Positions 37,929-50,830 of a DNA stretch of 64,000 nt are shown here, in pieces; within the stretch, counting starts at the first letter, position 1; every line of letters begins with the position of its first letter. The notes beneath the pieces are model-generated. The model worked only from the letters and a program-made list of their open reading frames with translations. It did no database searches and was not told the origin of the DNA. Source of the DNA: Lytechinus pictus (Eukaryota). Location: assembly GCF_037042905.1 (NCBI RefSeq), contig NC_087263.1, forward strand, positions 14,696,001 to 14,760,000, read 5' to 3'. Made by a program: the position numbers and the translations under genes.

Positions 37929-38312
37929 GTATTTGTAATACCTATACTCATTGGGGTTGCAGGCGTTTAATTCAATTCATTTATTTTACTTCATTTCCAA
38001 TACATAATAAAAGACATATAAATCAGATACAAATTAACGGATTGACATTTTAAAGAAATAGAGAAATAGAGCATAAATGGACATGAGGGCCGTGTTCCAC
38101 ATAATGATCATTCTGGGAGATTTAGTACTTACATTTTAAGAATTCTCTTATGCGCTATACAACAGGTTTCACAGAAGGTTTTAAAACATGACGACAACAA
38201 AACATCCCATTCCAAACATTTGTAAGTTGATACAGCTCATTAACAAATATGTATGCATATTAATGATATGGGACTAGTTTTCGGAAGGGCAATCACTGAC
38301 ACAACATCTTTT

Positions 38313-38610
38313 GTGGAGCGTTGTGGCCCATTGGATTAGTCTCCGGACTTTGAAACAGAGGGTCATGGGTTCAAATCCCAGCCATGGCATAATTTCCTTC
38401 AGCAAGGAATTCATCCACAGTGTGCTGCACTCGACCCAGGTGAGGTAAATGGGTACCGACAGGAAGTAATTCCTCAAAAAGCTGCGTGCACCTGAATAGG
38501 TAGCCAAGCTTAGCCGGGTAATAATAATAGCAGGGCCCGCTAGGAAAACAATTTTCGGAACTGAAGTGGCTACCCTGGGTAAATATACCGTTATTATCAT
38601 TATTATCATC
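38313..38610 (+). mobile_element. tRNA-derived SINE in intron 3
   Basis: A box TGGCCCATTGG, B box GGTTCAAATCC, core CACTCGACCCAGGTGAGGTAAATGGGTACC, (TTA/TCA)n tail. Confidence 0.85.
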
Positions 38611-38726
38611 ATCTTTTCAGAATAATGAATGTAAAATTAGTTCCTATCCAATTTAAAAAGCATGAAAAAGAACTGTAATTTGCGAAAAAAGCGGGGCTTA
38701 TATAGATCGATTTTCATCCTTTCTAG

Positions 38727-38868
38727 ATATGGACTCCGGAGCCATGAACAACGAATGTGGCTACTGCGTCCTTGGTGGTACAGGGCTAGATATGAATGAA
38801 GGTTTGAATGAATGCAACGAATGCGGAGAAGACACGTCATGCATAGGATGTGACGGAGAGCCAAACAG
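38727..38868 (+). CDS. REJ/PKD1-like exon 4 (Cys-rich)
   Basis: TTCTAG|ATATG...AACAG|GTACGT. NECGYCVLGGTG...NECNECGEDTSCIGCDGEPN, phase 1-2. Confidence 0.9.
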
Positions 38869-39625
38869 GTACGTCAACAATTAGAATGCAATCCTATACC
38901 ATATCCAGTTTCTGTAGCATCAGACGCCGAAACTAGGTCTTAACTTATATTATATATTTTTTATGCAAACTGGTTTCCAAGACGTATCCGCCACGTGTAC
39001 ACACAAACATGCACTGCAAAAACGCCGCTGTTAATTCGGCCTAGACCACATCAGAGAGGTGTTGAAACAACACCAGTTTGGCGTTAGACTAACACCCATT
39101 AAACCAATATCGATTTGATTCTTAACTGGTGTTTCCGCGCTTCTCTGGTGAGGACCGATATAGATACCGGGCTAATGTTAAACTAACACCGGCGTTTTTT
39201 GCAGTGTATAAAAACACAAGATTTCAGAACAGTGCTTTTCCAAGTCTCACACAACATTATTAAACAAATACCAAATACCATGCAAAATGAGTTTGTAATC
39301 GTATATGCCAAGGGAAGGGAGCGCCCCTCAAAATTTCGCTTATTATTACGTCATGGCGAAGAAGAATGAAACGAATCCTAACCTTCTCCATTTTATTTCA
39401 TTTTGCTTTTGTTTTTTTCTCCCTTTTCCTTTCCCTTCTTCTCATGCATTATTTATGGGGGTGGGTGGAGCGTAGCTGAGTGTGTGATTATTTTGTGTGT
39501 GTGTATTTTATCATAAATTTCTCATCTTATTTTGATTTAATGGTAGTGTAAAGGAAAAATATCATGTGCAACTTGATATTTATCTATAGATTATAACTCT
39601 GTATGTGCTTTATATTCATATTCAT

Positions 39626-40023
39626 GGGCGATTCCATACATGTCGTACGGGACATTTTGACAACAATGTCTAGTTTCCTAGCCGAATGCTTGAGCAATAA
39701 AATATTCTGTATTTTCAGTGATAAAGCTATAGTAGGTAGTCATGTGAAAAACTAATAACCAACACACAAAAATTGATTATGGGTAAATTATAGGTGAAAA
39801 TGTTGTGTGTCGTACGGGACGCAGAAATGTCCCGTACGACACGCAACATTTTGAGCTCTAATTCACCTATGGACAACGTATTTTTGTTGGTTGTCAGTTT
39901 TTTGCATGTCTACCCAGTAGTACTTTAATACTACCACAAAAGAAATTGAAGTTCTTCGTTCGTTTGGACAGCAGGTTGGAAAATGCTGTGAAAATGGCTG
40001 ATTTTTCTAGCATGGAATCGCCC
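39626..40023. mobile_element. Harbinger-like MITE in intron 4
   Basis: GGGCGATTCCAT...ATGGAATCGCCC termini, with internal hairpin GTCGTACGGGAC...GTCCCGTACGAC. Confidence 0.65.
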
Positions 40024-41019
40024 TCATAGAGATTTTCAGAAGTTTCTTTTCTGTATTACTATTCCCTTTGTGATAATAAATTATTGAAGAAGAATGTACA
40101 GATTAATTTGAAGTTTACTTTTGGAATAATTAATTTAAAATGTTTATGTATGAATTCAGATTCAATAATGTTAACGATTTCATGTTATTCATTATTTTCA
40201 CATGTTATTATAATGAGGAAGAAACAAAGTTTTATTTGAAAAAGTCCTTTATTATATACGTATTTCAGAACAATGTAGAGTATTTACTTTTTTCGCAATT
40301 TCGAATAAAATTGATTTTACAAACAAGGAGCACTGATTTTTGTAAGTTACTTGGGCTAACAGGATGATGCCCTTGTATTGAAAAAAAAAGCAGTTTTAAA
40401 GACTAAGAAAGTTAGGCCATTTAATTAGTTTGTTGCAATCATTGTATCAAAGTATTCGGATAATTATTTGTAACATTATCCGGTGGTTTTTATTATTATC
40501 AATATCTGAATTGGATCATGGCTCTGGCAATTTTCAGTCGATCATAATAAATGCCCAATGTGCTTGCGACGAGCGGGCGTTGTTAGCCTTACTGTATTCC
40601 GGGTTGTATTCATATTCATACTTTTACTTCCACTATTGCTATCATTGCTATTGTCATTATTACTACTACAATCTTTACCAGTATTTTGTCTTATTTTATT
40701 TCATTTTCATTATCAATAGGAAGAATTTATCAATCGTTCCTCCAATATTAACAAACAACATATGGTAAACATTCCTTTGCTCATGCAGCCCCTGTTCAAA
40801 TTCCTTTAAAAATACAATTGATTCAGTTGACAAATTCAAAACGGCCCTTAAAACCTACTTATCAAAATTGTAACTCAACAGTGTGAACTCACCGACACAT
40901 CTGTTTTTTCCATTTATTTCTGAAGCGCATAGAAATATATTTATCATGTGTTAAGCGCTATATAAAAACTGACTATACCAACATTATTTTCATTATCATC
41001 CTTACTATCACAATTATCA

Positions 41020-42087
41020 TTTTTGTCTCACCTGCATAGCAGAGTGAAACTATAGGCGCAGCTTTTCCGACGGCGGCGGCGGCGTCAACACCAAATCTTA
41101 ACCGAAGGTTAAGTTTTTGAAATGACAACATAACTTAGAAAGTATATAGACCTAGTTCATGAAACTTGACCATAAGTTTAATCAAGTATTACTAAATATC
41201 CTGCCTGAGTTTCATGTCACATGATCAAGGTCAAGGGTCATTTAGGGTCAATGAACTTAGACCATGTTGGGGGAATCAACATCAAAATCTTAACCTAAGG
41301 TTAAGTTTTTGAAATGTCATCATAACTTAGAAAATATATAGACCTAGTTCATGAAACTTGGACATAAGGTTCCTGCACGAGTTTCACGTCACATGACCAA
41401 GGTCAAAGGTCATTTAGGGTCAATGAACTTTGGCCGAATTGGGGGGTATCTGTTGAATTACCATCATAACTTTGAAAGTTTATGGATCTGATTCATGAAA
41501 CTTGGACATAAGATTAATCAAGTATCACTGAACATCTTGTGCAAGTTTCAGGTCACATGATTAAGGTCAAGGGTCATTTAGGGTCAATGAACTTTGGCCA
41601 AATTGGGGGTATTTGTTGAATTACCATCATAACTTTCAAAGTATATTGGTCTAGTTGATAAAACTTGGACATAAGAGTAATCAAGTATCACTGAACATCC
41701 TGTGCGCATTTTAGGTCACATGACCAAGGTCAAAGGTCAATGAACTTTGGCCATAATGGGGGTATCTGTTGAATTACCATCATAACTTTGAAAGTTTATG
41801 GATCTGACTTATGAAACCTGGACATAAGAGTAATCAAGTATCACTGAACATCCTGTGCGAGTTTAAGGTCACATGTTCAAGGTCAAAGGTCATGTAAGGT
41901 CAATGAACTTTGGCCATGTTGGGGGTATTTGTCGAATTACCATTATATCTCTGTAAGTGTATTGGTCTAGTTCATAAAACGTGTACATAAGAGTAACCAA
42001 ATATCACTGAACATCTTGTGCGAGTTATAGTAGTTTTCAAAGTCAGCACTGCTGCAGGTGAGACCGCCAGAGGTATTCCACTTGTTA
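41020..42087 (+). mobile_element. Helentron/DINE-1-like (HINE) element with internal tandem array of about 6 units (~145-195 bp)
   Basis: T-run then subterminal inverted repeat GTCTCACCTGC (41025-41035) / GCAGGTGAGAC (42054-42064), a (GGC)n microsatellite after the 5' end, a tandem core, and a CTTGTT 3' end. Confidence 0.75.
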
Positions 42088-42153
42088 TAATTGTGTATCA
42101 ATCATTTGTTGTAATTGTATGTCTTAATTTGATAATTACTTTATTTTCTTCAG

Positions 42154-42259
42154 TGGTGCTGTTTTTGACAACTGTGATATATGTGCGGGGAATCATACTG
42201 ACTGCATGATCGTTGTGACCATAAAGCCGTCAGCTGTACCTGAAAACATGGATTACAAC
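42154..42259 (+). CDS. REJ/PKD1-like exon 5
   Basis: TTCAG|TGGT...AAC|GTAAGA. SGAVFDNCDICAGNHTDCMIVVTIKPSAVPENMDYN, phase 2-0. Confidence 0.9.
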
Positions 42260-43024
42260 GTAAGATATATATCTTTGTAACTATGTAAGATGAGCAATTA
42301 GTAACAAAGCTTCTGATTGGTCAGATTCGCTCTCGTTAGGCTTATATCACTGCGCAGTTCGTTATACGGTATAAAAACGATGTAACCATTGGATATACCC
42401 GACATTTTTTTTACACGGTTGATTGTGGCAGAAGCGTATAAAGCAGAACAAATTGTGGGGCCAGACATGGCGTATGGGGCAAAACTTAAAGAGAGTTGCA
42501 AGCAAGCGAGCACAAAAATACATTTTATGGATTTTTCATTAATAGTCAGAACATTGTTTCATATTTCACTCATATTCCTTAACTTTCCGTTTCTTTTTTC
42601 TTGGTTGTGAATTGTTTTAGGTATCCATGGGCCCCTTAGGCCCCCACTGTCTGTACGTCATTGCTTTGTTTAAAAACTCCTGAGCCCCATTTTGCCAATG
42701 ACAATTATTGCCCCGGTGGGTGTTTTATAAATATGTTAGTAAGTTAAGAGCGACTTTAAGAACGACTAGTGAACCTTTCTAACGCTCTAAATAATCACCA
42801 ATGAACATTTAATGGTTTATATAATTTACCACAAGAAATGATCACCAGTCGCCTTAACTTACGATCAGCTATATGAAACGGCCCCCAGGATACGGCGACG
42901 AATATCTCGATCAAAACACTCACATCATATTTATGTTGTAGAAATAAAAGTCAAGAGAAAAGAGAACATTTAACATCCTTCATTTTAAAATTTTGCAATC
43001 TTATTTTACTGTATTTCCTCCTAG

Positions 43025-43166
43025 ATAACGGTGCATGGAGCCGGGTTTCACCAGGATCCGACACCCGTCTGTCTATACACCCGGGTATCCGACTCCGAGG
43101 AATTCAATGCAACCATGAAGGTTATGGACCCATCGATGGGATACTGTCGGGCTAACTTAGAGCCTG
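43025..43166 (+). CDS. REJ/PKD1-like exon 6 (IPT/TIG-like)
   Basis: CCTAG|ATA...CCTG|GTAGGA. ITVHGAGFHQDPTPVCLY...GYCRANLEP. Confidence 0.88.
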
Positions 43167-43186
43167 GTAGGAATTGATGATCAGAA

Positions 43187-43990
43187 ATAATGATGATGAT
43201 GGTGATGGTGGTGGTGGTGGTGGCGGCGGTGGTGGTGGTAGTAGTGGTGGTCATAATGATGGTTTTAGTTGTGATGTTGTGACAGTGTATATATTATCTA
43301 TCTATTATTATATATTATCCTGTGTAAAGATTTTTAGATAGATAGATAAATAAATAAATAAATGGCGGTCGTGGTTATGATTATGGTGAGGCGGAGGAGG
43401 AGAAAGTTAATGGTGGCGTTGAAAGTGGTTGTGGTGGTAATGATGATGCTGATACTGATGATGAAGATGATGATTGTGGTGATGGTGGTATTAATGGTGG
43501 TGGTGGTGATGACGATGATGATTATGATGATGATGATAGTAGTAGTGATGATGATGCTGATAAGGATGATGCTGATGATAATGGTAATGATGACAATGAT
43601 GTCGATGACGACAATGCATTTTTAAGGTGGCTGTGGTGTTGATGATATTGGTGATGATTATGATGATGCTAGTAATGATGATGGTGGTAATGATGATGAT
43701 GATGATAATGACTATTATGACGATGATGATGATGCTGATAAGAATGATGATGATGCTGGTAATGATGATGATGGTGGTGGTGGTGGTGGGGATCGGGCCC
43801 TGGGGATGATGATAATGATAATGGCGATGATAATGATGACGATGATGCTGATAAAAATGATGCTAGCAATGATGATGATGATGATAATGATGGTAATGAT
43901 GATGATTATAATGATAAAGATGACGACGGTGATGATAATGATGATGACGATGATTCATCGATTGATGGTAATGCTGAAGGTGAGTGGTGA
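43187..43990 (+). repeat. (GAT/GGT/AAT)n low-complexity tract in intron 6
   Basis: Directly visible. Similar tracts at 35490-35990, 45560-45770, 46260-46800, 47300-47460 and 51060-51900. Confidence 0.95.
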
Positions 43991-44336
43991 CCATTTCTTA
44001 AAAAAGGGCCCGGCACAAGGGGTTGCTTTGAAACGTAGCAAACGCAATCCCCATTGTACGCGCTATTGATTGGTGGGGAAATAAGTTTGATTTTGAGTTA
44101 CGATCAAATAGAGTTCTTTGTGCAAAGGTCATCAGTAGGATTCTTATATTTAAACTAAATATTTCATGACAAATACAATCTTTGAAACGAACAAACCAAA
44201 TAGCTTGTTAACAAACATGTTTAAAACATTTTTTTCGATAGTTTAAATATCATCGGCGAAACATTATAATAGATTTCTAATGATTACTTATTCATTACGA
44301 TTGATTGATGGACATGCCTTTCTTTCCTTATTGTAG

Positions 44337-44408
44337 GTTCATACTCCTTCACTGTGTTGTTCGATACTACGCCTGTAATGCATGGGGATAACCTGAAAGT
44401 ATTCACAC
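44337..44408 (+). CDS. REJ/PKD1-like exon 7
   Basis: TTGTAG|GTTCA...ACAC|GTAAGT. GSYSFTVLFDTTPVMHGDNLKVFT. Confidence 0.85.
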
Positions 44409-45017
44409 GTAAGTTTACCTCCCACTCAGTCAGTAGTAGATCCAATTTTTTTTTAAATCCAGAAAAAGGAAGGAATCTCAGAAGAAATAAAAAAAAGAGG
44501 GGAGGGGGTATCGGACTCCCTCCGTCCTCAATCAGGGGCCTACATCTATTGATCAATCTGAACTTACATGTATTGCAAATCAGGAAACATAATACGATCC
44601 TTCAAAGTACTGTGACCATATCCCTCTTGCCATAGGGATATTCTTTGTCGACATGTATGTCGACATAAATTATCTTAATCAACTTCTGTACCTCTTTGTA
44701 CGAAATATCATACCTCATGTCGACATGCCGACTTGTAAAGTTATTAAGACGAAATTAAACCAATTTTCCAAGGAAAAATATCCCTCACCATTTTCGTCGA
44801 GTTTCAGTTATTTCCATAGGCTTTAAGGTGATTTCTTAATGAAATGTCAGGAGGTTTTCCCTTCCTATAGATTTACCATGTTGACTTACTAACTTTTAAA
44901 GTCAACATGGCGACATAGGTCATCTGGCAAAGTCGACTTCTGAAAAACGTCATCATTGAGATTTGCGAGGTATTTTATGACATCATGCCCACTTATGGTG
45001 CTGGTAATGCAGGTAAT

Positions 45018-45285
45018 AGAGGCGTTTTGGCTCGGTGAGTAAGTCTTCCGACTTTGAACCACAAGGTCCGGGGTTCGAATCCCACCGCAGCACTAGTATC
45101 CTTTGACAAGGCGTTTATCTACATTTGACACTCTATATCCAGGTGTAGTAAATGGATACCAGGTAGGAAGGAATTCCTTGAATGATCGAGCGCCCGATAA
45201 GAGTAGCCGTGCTGAGACCGGGATAATAGTATGTAGAAACATTAATTTAGCGCTAGCGCTATACTAGATAAATATTGCATATCAT
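45018..45285 (+). mobile_element. tRNA-derived SINE in intron 7
   Basis: B box GGTTCGAATCC and core CCAGGTGTAGTAAATGGATACC, same family as 27671 and 38313. Confidence 0.8.
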
Positions 45286-45388
45286 TATACACTGTGTGAT
45301 GCTTGGTAAAGCCTTATACTCTTAAAGCTTTAAGAAATAGACCTACTATTTCTATAATCATATATGTTTTTGGATGATGTACTTACAG

Positions 45389-45532
45389 CAATCACAGTTG
45401 ATAACGTTTCTGAGGATGTTTTTCTTCTCGGCTCGACGCCAAACTATGTACTAAGATTCACTGCTGCGGATGAATTGGATTTCACCCAGGCCAAAGAATT
45501 TGATCTCGATCCTTATCTTGTCTTTCTGTACG
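45389..45532 (+). CDS. REJ/PKD1-like exon 8
   Basis: TTACAG|CAATC...TACG|GTAAGT. ITVDNVSEDVFLLG...PYLVFLY. Confidence 0.85.
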
Positions 45533-45570
45533 GTAAGTCAGCTTCATTACAGTCCGTTTTACTACTACTT

Positions 45571-45614
<44 letters not shown>

Positions 45615-46036
45615 GCTACTATACTACTATACTTACTACAACCACTTCTACTACTACTACCATTACTACTACTTCTACTTACTACTACTACTACTACTAC
45701 TACTACTGATGATGAGGATGATGATGAGGATGATGATGAAGACGATGATGATGATGATGATAATAATAATAAATATGGTTAAAAAAAATTAGGATAATAA
45801 TATCTTAGACATCATCATAACCATCATCATCTTGGTCGCTGTATCATAAATGGAGAGGTTATCCACATTGGTTGGGGCATACATGAAATAAAGTATTTAC
45901 AAATACAAATAAAGCATGTAATTCATGTCAAGTTTGGAAATAAACCTTTATTACAATATAAGATATATAAAACATATTATTAAATTAAAAACAAGCAATG
46001 GACACTACCTTAACTTAATCTTGAATTTTTTTTCAG

Positions 46037-46252
46037 GTGATGAAGATATGGCACCTGCAATGGGATTCTTTGAAGGTGACACGACTTTGACCTTTGACCT
46101 TGAAGCCCCATCTGAATCTGTCCAGGTCATGGTTGCTCCATCGTTCAATGGGATTGACCTACTGCCTACCACCGGGTCCGGATACTACGCCATAACTTTT
46201 TACGATCCCCCTCCTCAGCTTGACATGGCTACACTTTCTTTCAAACCAACAG
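46037..46252 (+). CDS. REJ/PKD1-like exon 9
   Basis: TTTCAG|GTGAT...ACAG|GTAAAC. GDEDMAPAMG...VMVAPSFNGID...ITFYDPPPQL. Confidence 0.88.
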
Positions 46253-47025
46253 GTAAACTGAGGATGATGATGGTAACGATGGTGGTGATGACGATGATGG
46301 TGGTGGTGGCGATGGTGATGATGATGGTGACGATGGTGGTGATGACGATGATGGTGCTGATTGTGGTGATAATGGTGATGATGATGGTGATGGTGGGGTG
46401 GTGGTGATGATGATCCTGATAATAATGATCATGGCTGATCATGGTGATGATGGTGACGGTAGTGGTAGTGAAGATGATGATGGTAATGATGATGATGATT
46501 TATGATGACAGTGAAAACGATGATGATGGAAATGAGGAAGATTTTGGGGATGATAGTTTATGCTGATGATGCTCTGGAAATAATTTTGTTGATGATGATA
46601 AAGAAGATGATAACGAGGAGGAGGAAGATGATGATAATGATTATGACGACGATGATGATGACGATGATAACGATAACGGTAATGTTAATGGTGATGATAT
46701 TTATGGATATAATCACAATGATTCTGATGATTATGATGATTAATATGATTACGATGATTACAATAAAGACGTTCATGGTGGTTTTAAGTAGATGTATCGG
46801 TTGTGGTGGTGGAAGTAGAAATTTAATTTGGAAATGAAGATTATGTAGATGATCATAATAACTTGAACCTAAACCTTGTCTTAACCATTCTATTTCTTGG
46901 GGAAAAGGAGCACCCTCCCCGACACTCCCAGCCCTTCTGCGAACGAAAATGGCGCAAGTCGTTGAAGGCCCAAACCATGTCTCTATATCCACATAATTGA
47001 CCATGTCTCTTTTGTCTTTTCGAAG

Positions 47026-47265
47026 GAAACGTCCTCATTCTCGAGTTTCCCACGGAAGTCTCAATCAAAGACAACATCCTACCCGACTGCGATGCCATCT
47101 TCGTAGCGACGATCGAAGCTGAAGAAGGCGGCGAAAATGGCGCGATGCCCACTGACATGGCTGAGAGCAGAAACCTTCTAGGAGAGGGAAGCCGATGCTA
47201 CCTGACCAGGAACCATGAGATGCTGGAGATCATGCTTGGTCAAGGAGACAATCTCATCGAACCAG
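47026..47265 (+). CDS. REJ/PKD1-like exon 10
   Basis: TTTCGAAG|GAAAC...CCAG|GTGCAC. GNVLILEFPTEV...DCDAIF...LLGEGSRCYL...LIEP. Confidence 0.85.
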
Positions 47266-48021
47266 GTGCACCATTATTTTAAATACTCTTCTATATGATA
47301 GTGGTGCTGGTGGCGGTGGTGGTGTTGATGATGAGGATTATGATAATGACGATGATGATGATGATGATAGTGGTGGTGATGGTGATGATGGTGATACTGC
47401 TGATAATGAGGAGGGAAAATAAACTGATAAGAAATGTGATAATGATGGTGATGATATAGGAAGTAATTGTGGTTATGGTATTTCTACTTTAAAAAAACAC
47501 ACACAATTCCTGCAGCAGAGAATACCTGTATTCTTACTGCACCGTGTAATGTTACATGCATTTGTGTAAAATTACAGAAAATTGGTATTTGGTGTATGTA
47601 ACCTTACAAATTTATTGTAATAAACTTTTCCCCCTTTTTTTTAGAACAGACCTGTTCTGTAACATTGTAAAAAAATGTAAGAAATCTATCCTGTTATAAC
47701 AGTTTTACATAATGATTTGGTTATTTTTTTTATTTAAAATCTGTTTTAAAATTTTTCTTCTGTAAAATTTTCTGTTTCTTCTAACAGTGTGGTGGTGGTG
47801 GTGTTTAATGAAATAAATTTGACGGAGCTCAGCTATTAGACTCGTAAATAAAGTAAATAATTAGGGTCCCAAATCATGAAACCAAAGATTAAACATTTTC
47901 TGGTAATAAATTTTACGCTTTTATTTCATGCTCGATTTCATTAGGAAAGGGATAGGTGTCAGGAAAATGTAATAGTGACATGCAGTGTTACTACTTTTGA
48001 CAATATCTTTCGCTGATCCAG

Positions 48022-48279
48022 GTGAGACTCTCACCGTACGTGAGGGCGTCATATACGGCATCGGCGAGTACCCGAGCGCAGCGGAGGAGACCGACATCAC
48101 CGTATCAGAGGGGATTTCTACTCTAGTGGGCGTGGTTCTTCGTGGTGCCAGTACGGTCAGTAGCTGCGGGAATGTCTGTATATCTGCCCGGGAAACCATT
48201 GGCGGTGCTAGCCGGAGCTTCACGTACATGTGGACGGTTAGTCCAGCAGATAGTGATAATCTAACCGAGGCCGTAAATG
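48022..48279 (+). CDS. REJ/PKD1-like exon 11 (start of REJ module)
   Basis: TCCAG|GTGAG...AATG|GTAATT. VVLRGASTVSSCGNVCISARETIGGASRSFTYMWTV. Confidence 0.88.
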
Positions 48280-48713
48280 GTAATTAGTCCTTGTTTTAGA
48301 CAAAAGGGGGCTCCCACACCCGAACATGTTAGCCAGCGCATGCCAACATACGTAGGCTGTAGCAGTGTTCATTAAAATGATTTCTTAAATTCATTTAGCT
48401 AGCCACACAAGCAATTATTCTATAAAGAACTTGGATTCTTGATAGTGTGTGTTGCTATTTTCAATGATTTTTTATGATATCAAGATTAGACTAGTTAATA
48501 TTGAAACAAAATGGAATTAAAGGAGAAAACGGTTTGCCATACTACAGTACGTCGGCATACTTATGCTGGCTAAAATATCAAGGTGTGACAACTGAACATC
48601 ATTGAGAAATGTGATAACAATGATTTCATACTATTGCCACTCTGATTATTCCGGTTGGTCTGATAACACAGTGATACCTGGAATGAGTTTTCATTTAAAA
48701 GAGGGGTTAATAA

Positions 48714-49132
48714 TAGACCAGTTCGTAGTTACTTCATGGACAATTTTTGTCAAATGACCTTTAATTTCTTTCATTATGATAGACAAATTTCAAAGCAAGA
48801 TATTACATAAGCATGCCCCACATAGCTGGATGACGAAATTGAATAGTCCAGGTGACTAAAATAGCACTCAAATGAACACTCTAAGGTATTTGTTGCATTT
48901 CTACTTTGAATGCGTGCTGTACAATGTACTTGTCAAACTGTGAAATACCAGTCGTTCGTGGACGCAGTGTGGTTTATTGTGGATGTAAATGAAGAACACA
49001 ATTCAAAAGAATATATGAATAATCAAGACATCAAAGTTGGTGCTTATCTCATTAGATTTTAAATCACCATGTCACTATAGTACCAATGACCTTCCTCTGA
49101 TCATGCGCAGAGTGGAACTACGAACTGGCTTA
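48714..49132. mobile_element. TAGACCAGTTCGTAGT family element in intron 11
   Basis: TIR TAGACCAGTTCGTAGT/ACTACGAACTGGCTTA, with a reverse copy at 32343-32777. Confidence 0.85.
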
Positions 49133-49509
49133 TAACAGGCGTACAGATGGGGGTGGGGGGCTTAAGGAGCACCGTCCCACCCATATGTTCCATGACCAAG
49201 GGGGAAATGGGAGAAGAACAATGTAAATGAAGAGCAAAAGAGCGAAATAGGGAGAACTTGAATAGTTCAGCCGTCGTCATTTAAATCGAGTGAGACCGTT
49301 TACTTAAAAATAATTATAAATAGCAAGTCTTGAAATGTATCTGTTGGGGAAACTATGAATAATATAGAGAATAATTTTGCCTTTAATGTTGTTTGAATGG
49401 AGACACTAAACTGTTTTCAGAGGAAACGTACTTGCTTTGCTCCTTGGTAACATGCTTATTGCGGTATGAATATCCTGAGTAGCGTATGAGTGTGTTATCC
49501 TTCAAGTGG

Positions 49510-50715
49510 GTCTATATTACAAGCCTATACCGTTTAACTGTTCAGAACTGTTCAGTGCGCATTCAAGACAACACCTCAGATTCAACACCACTGCGGTGGG
49601 GCGTGCCTCAAGGATCGGTAATCGGTCCGATTCTCTTTATCTGCTACACTACGCCAGTTCAGGACATCATTCAGGCACATGGTTTCTCTACAATGATTTA
49701 CGCTGACGACACACAACTTATCGTCTCCTTAAAGTCTTCGGAAAGGGAGAATGTTGCAGGTAGACTGGAAATCTGTCTCCAGGAAGTACGGAACTGGATG
49801 GTGAGCAATCATCTGAAACTTAATGACAGCAAAATGGAGTTGCTTCATGTTTCATCACCTTTCAGACGAGTTCAGGAGGCTCTCCCTTTGATCAATGATT
49901 GGCCAGGTTCTGCCATCCCCTTTAGTATGTGATCTGGGTGTAATTTTTTATAAGAATGTGAACATGCACCGACACGTAAATATTGTTTGTCGCAAGGCCT
50001 CATTTGCTCTGAGACGTATTGGAATGATTCGGTCATACCTTAGTAAGAATGTGACTGAGATCCTCATTCATGCTTTTGTGTCTTCCCTTCTTGATAACTG
50101 TAACAGTCTCTTGTACGGAACGCCGGACAAAGATATAGCAAAGCTCCAAATAATCCAGAATTCAGCCGCAAGACTTGTCTCCAGATCCAAGAAACACAAC
50201 CACATCACCCCAATCCTCAAAGAACTTCACTGGCTCTTTATCAAATCACGAATTCGCTTCAAAGTCCTTCTAATAACATTTAATGCTGTCCATGGTCTTG
50301 CCCCTCAATATATTTCTGAACTTGTTTCTCCATACACCCCCTCTAGGAAACTTAGATCATCAACTCGACTACTCCTTCAAGTACCCAGACTAAGAAGTAA
50401 GACGCATGGCGAAAGGTCCTTCTCCTACAGTGCCCCAACCCTTTGGAATTCCCTCCCCAGTACTCTCCGATCACAAAATAATCCTGGACTTTTCAAATCA
50501 CAACTTAAAATATTTCTCTTTAAATGAAGCATTCAAATAGACCTTTCCCAATACTTATGTCATACATGTATGTAACTGATCAATGTTGATGTTGTTAAGT
50601 GTTATTCTAAGTAATTCCTTATGTTGTATAATTTTTATTTCTGTAAAGTGCATTGAGAGTCCTTTCAGGTCTAAAATGCGCTATATAAGAACTGCATTAT
50701 TATTATTATTATTAT
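49510..50715 (+). mobile_element. 5'-truncated L2 LINE (reverse transcriptase C-terminal half, frameshifted) in intron 11
   Basis: GVPQGSVIGPILF...YADDTQL...LKLNDSKME, a frameshift near 49900, then HITPILKELHWL...RSFSYSAPTLWNSLP and the tail ATGCGCTATATAAGAACTGC(ATT)n. Confidence 0.93.
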
Positions 50716-50830
50716 GTTGGATTGTGGGTTGGGAACCTGGCCAGATTTGAGTAGCCGAGGACCTAAGTTGGTACTGTACAAGACTGCTGCTGGTTCGTAC
50801 GTGCTTTAAATTTCCCTCATTTACATCCAG

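Noticed and set aside
41128..41960. Regularly spaced repeats as a CRISPR-like array (also 18619-19060)
   Set aside because: Whole units are homologous with no unique spacers, the context is eukaryotic, and there are no cas genes.
49486..50527. Reverse transcriptase ORFs as a host gene or novel RT system
   Set aside because: Ordinary 5'-truncated, frameshifted L2 LINE with a typical tail.
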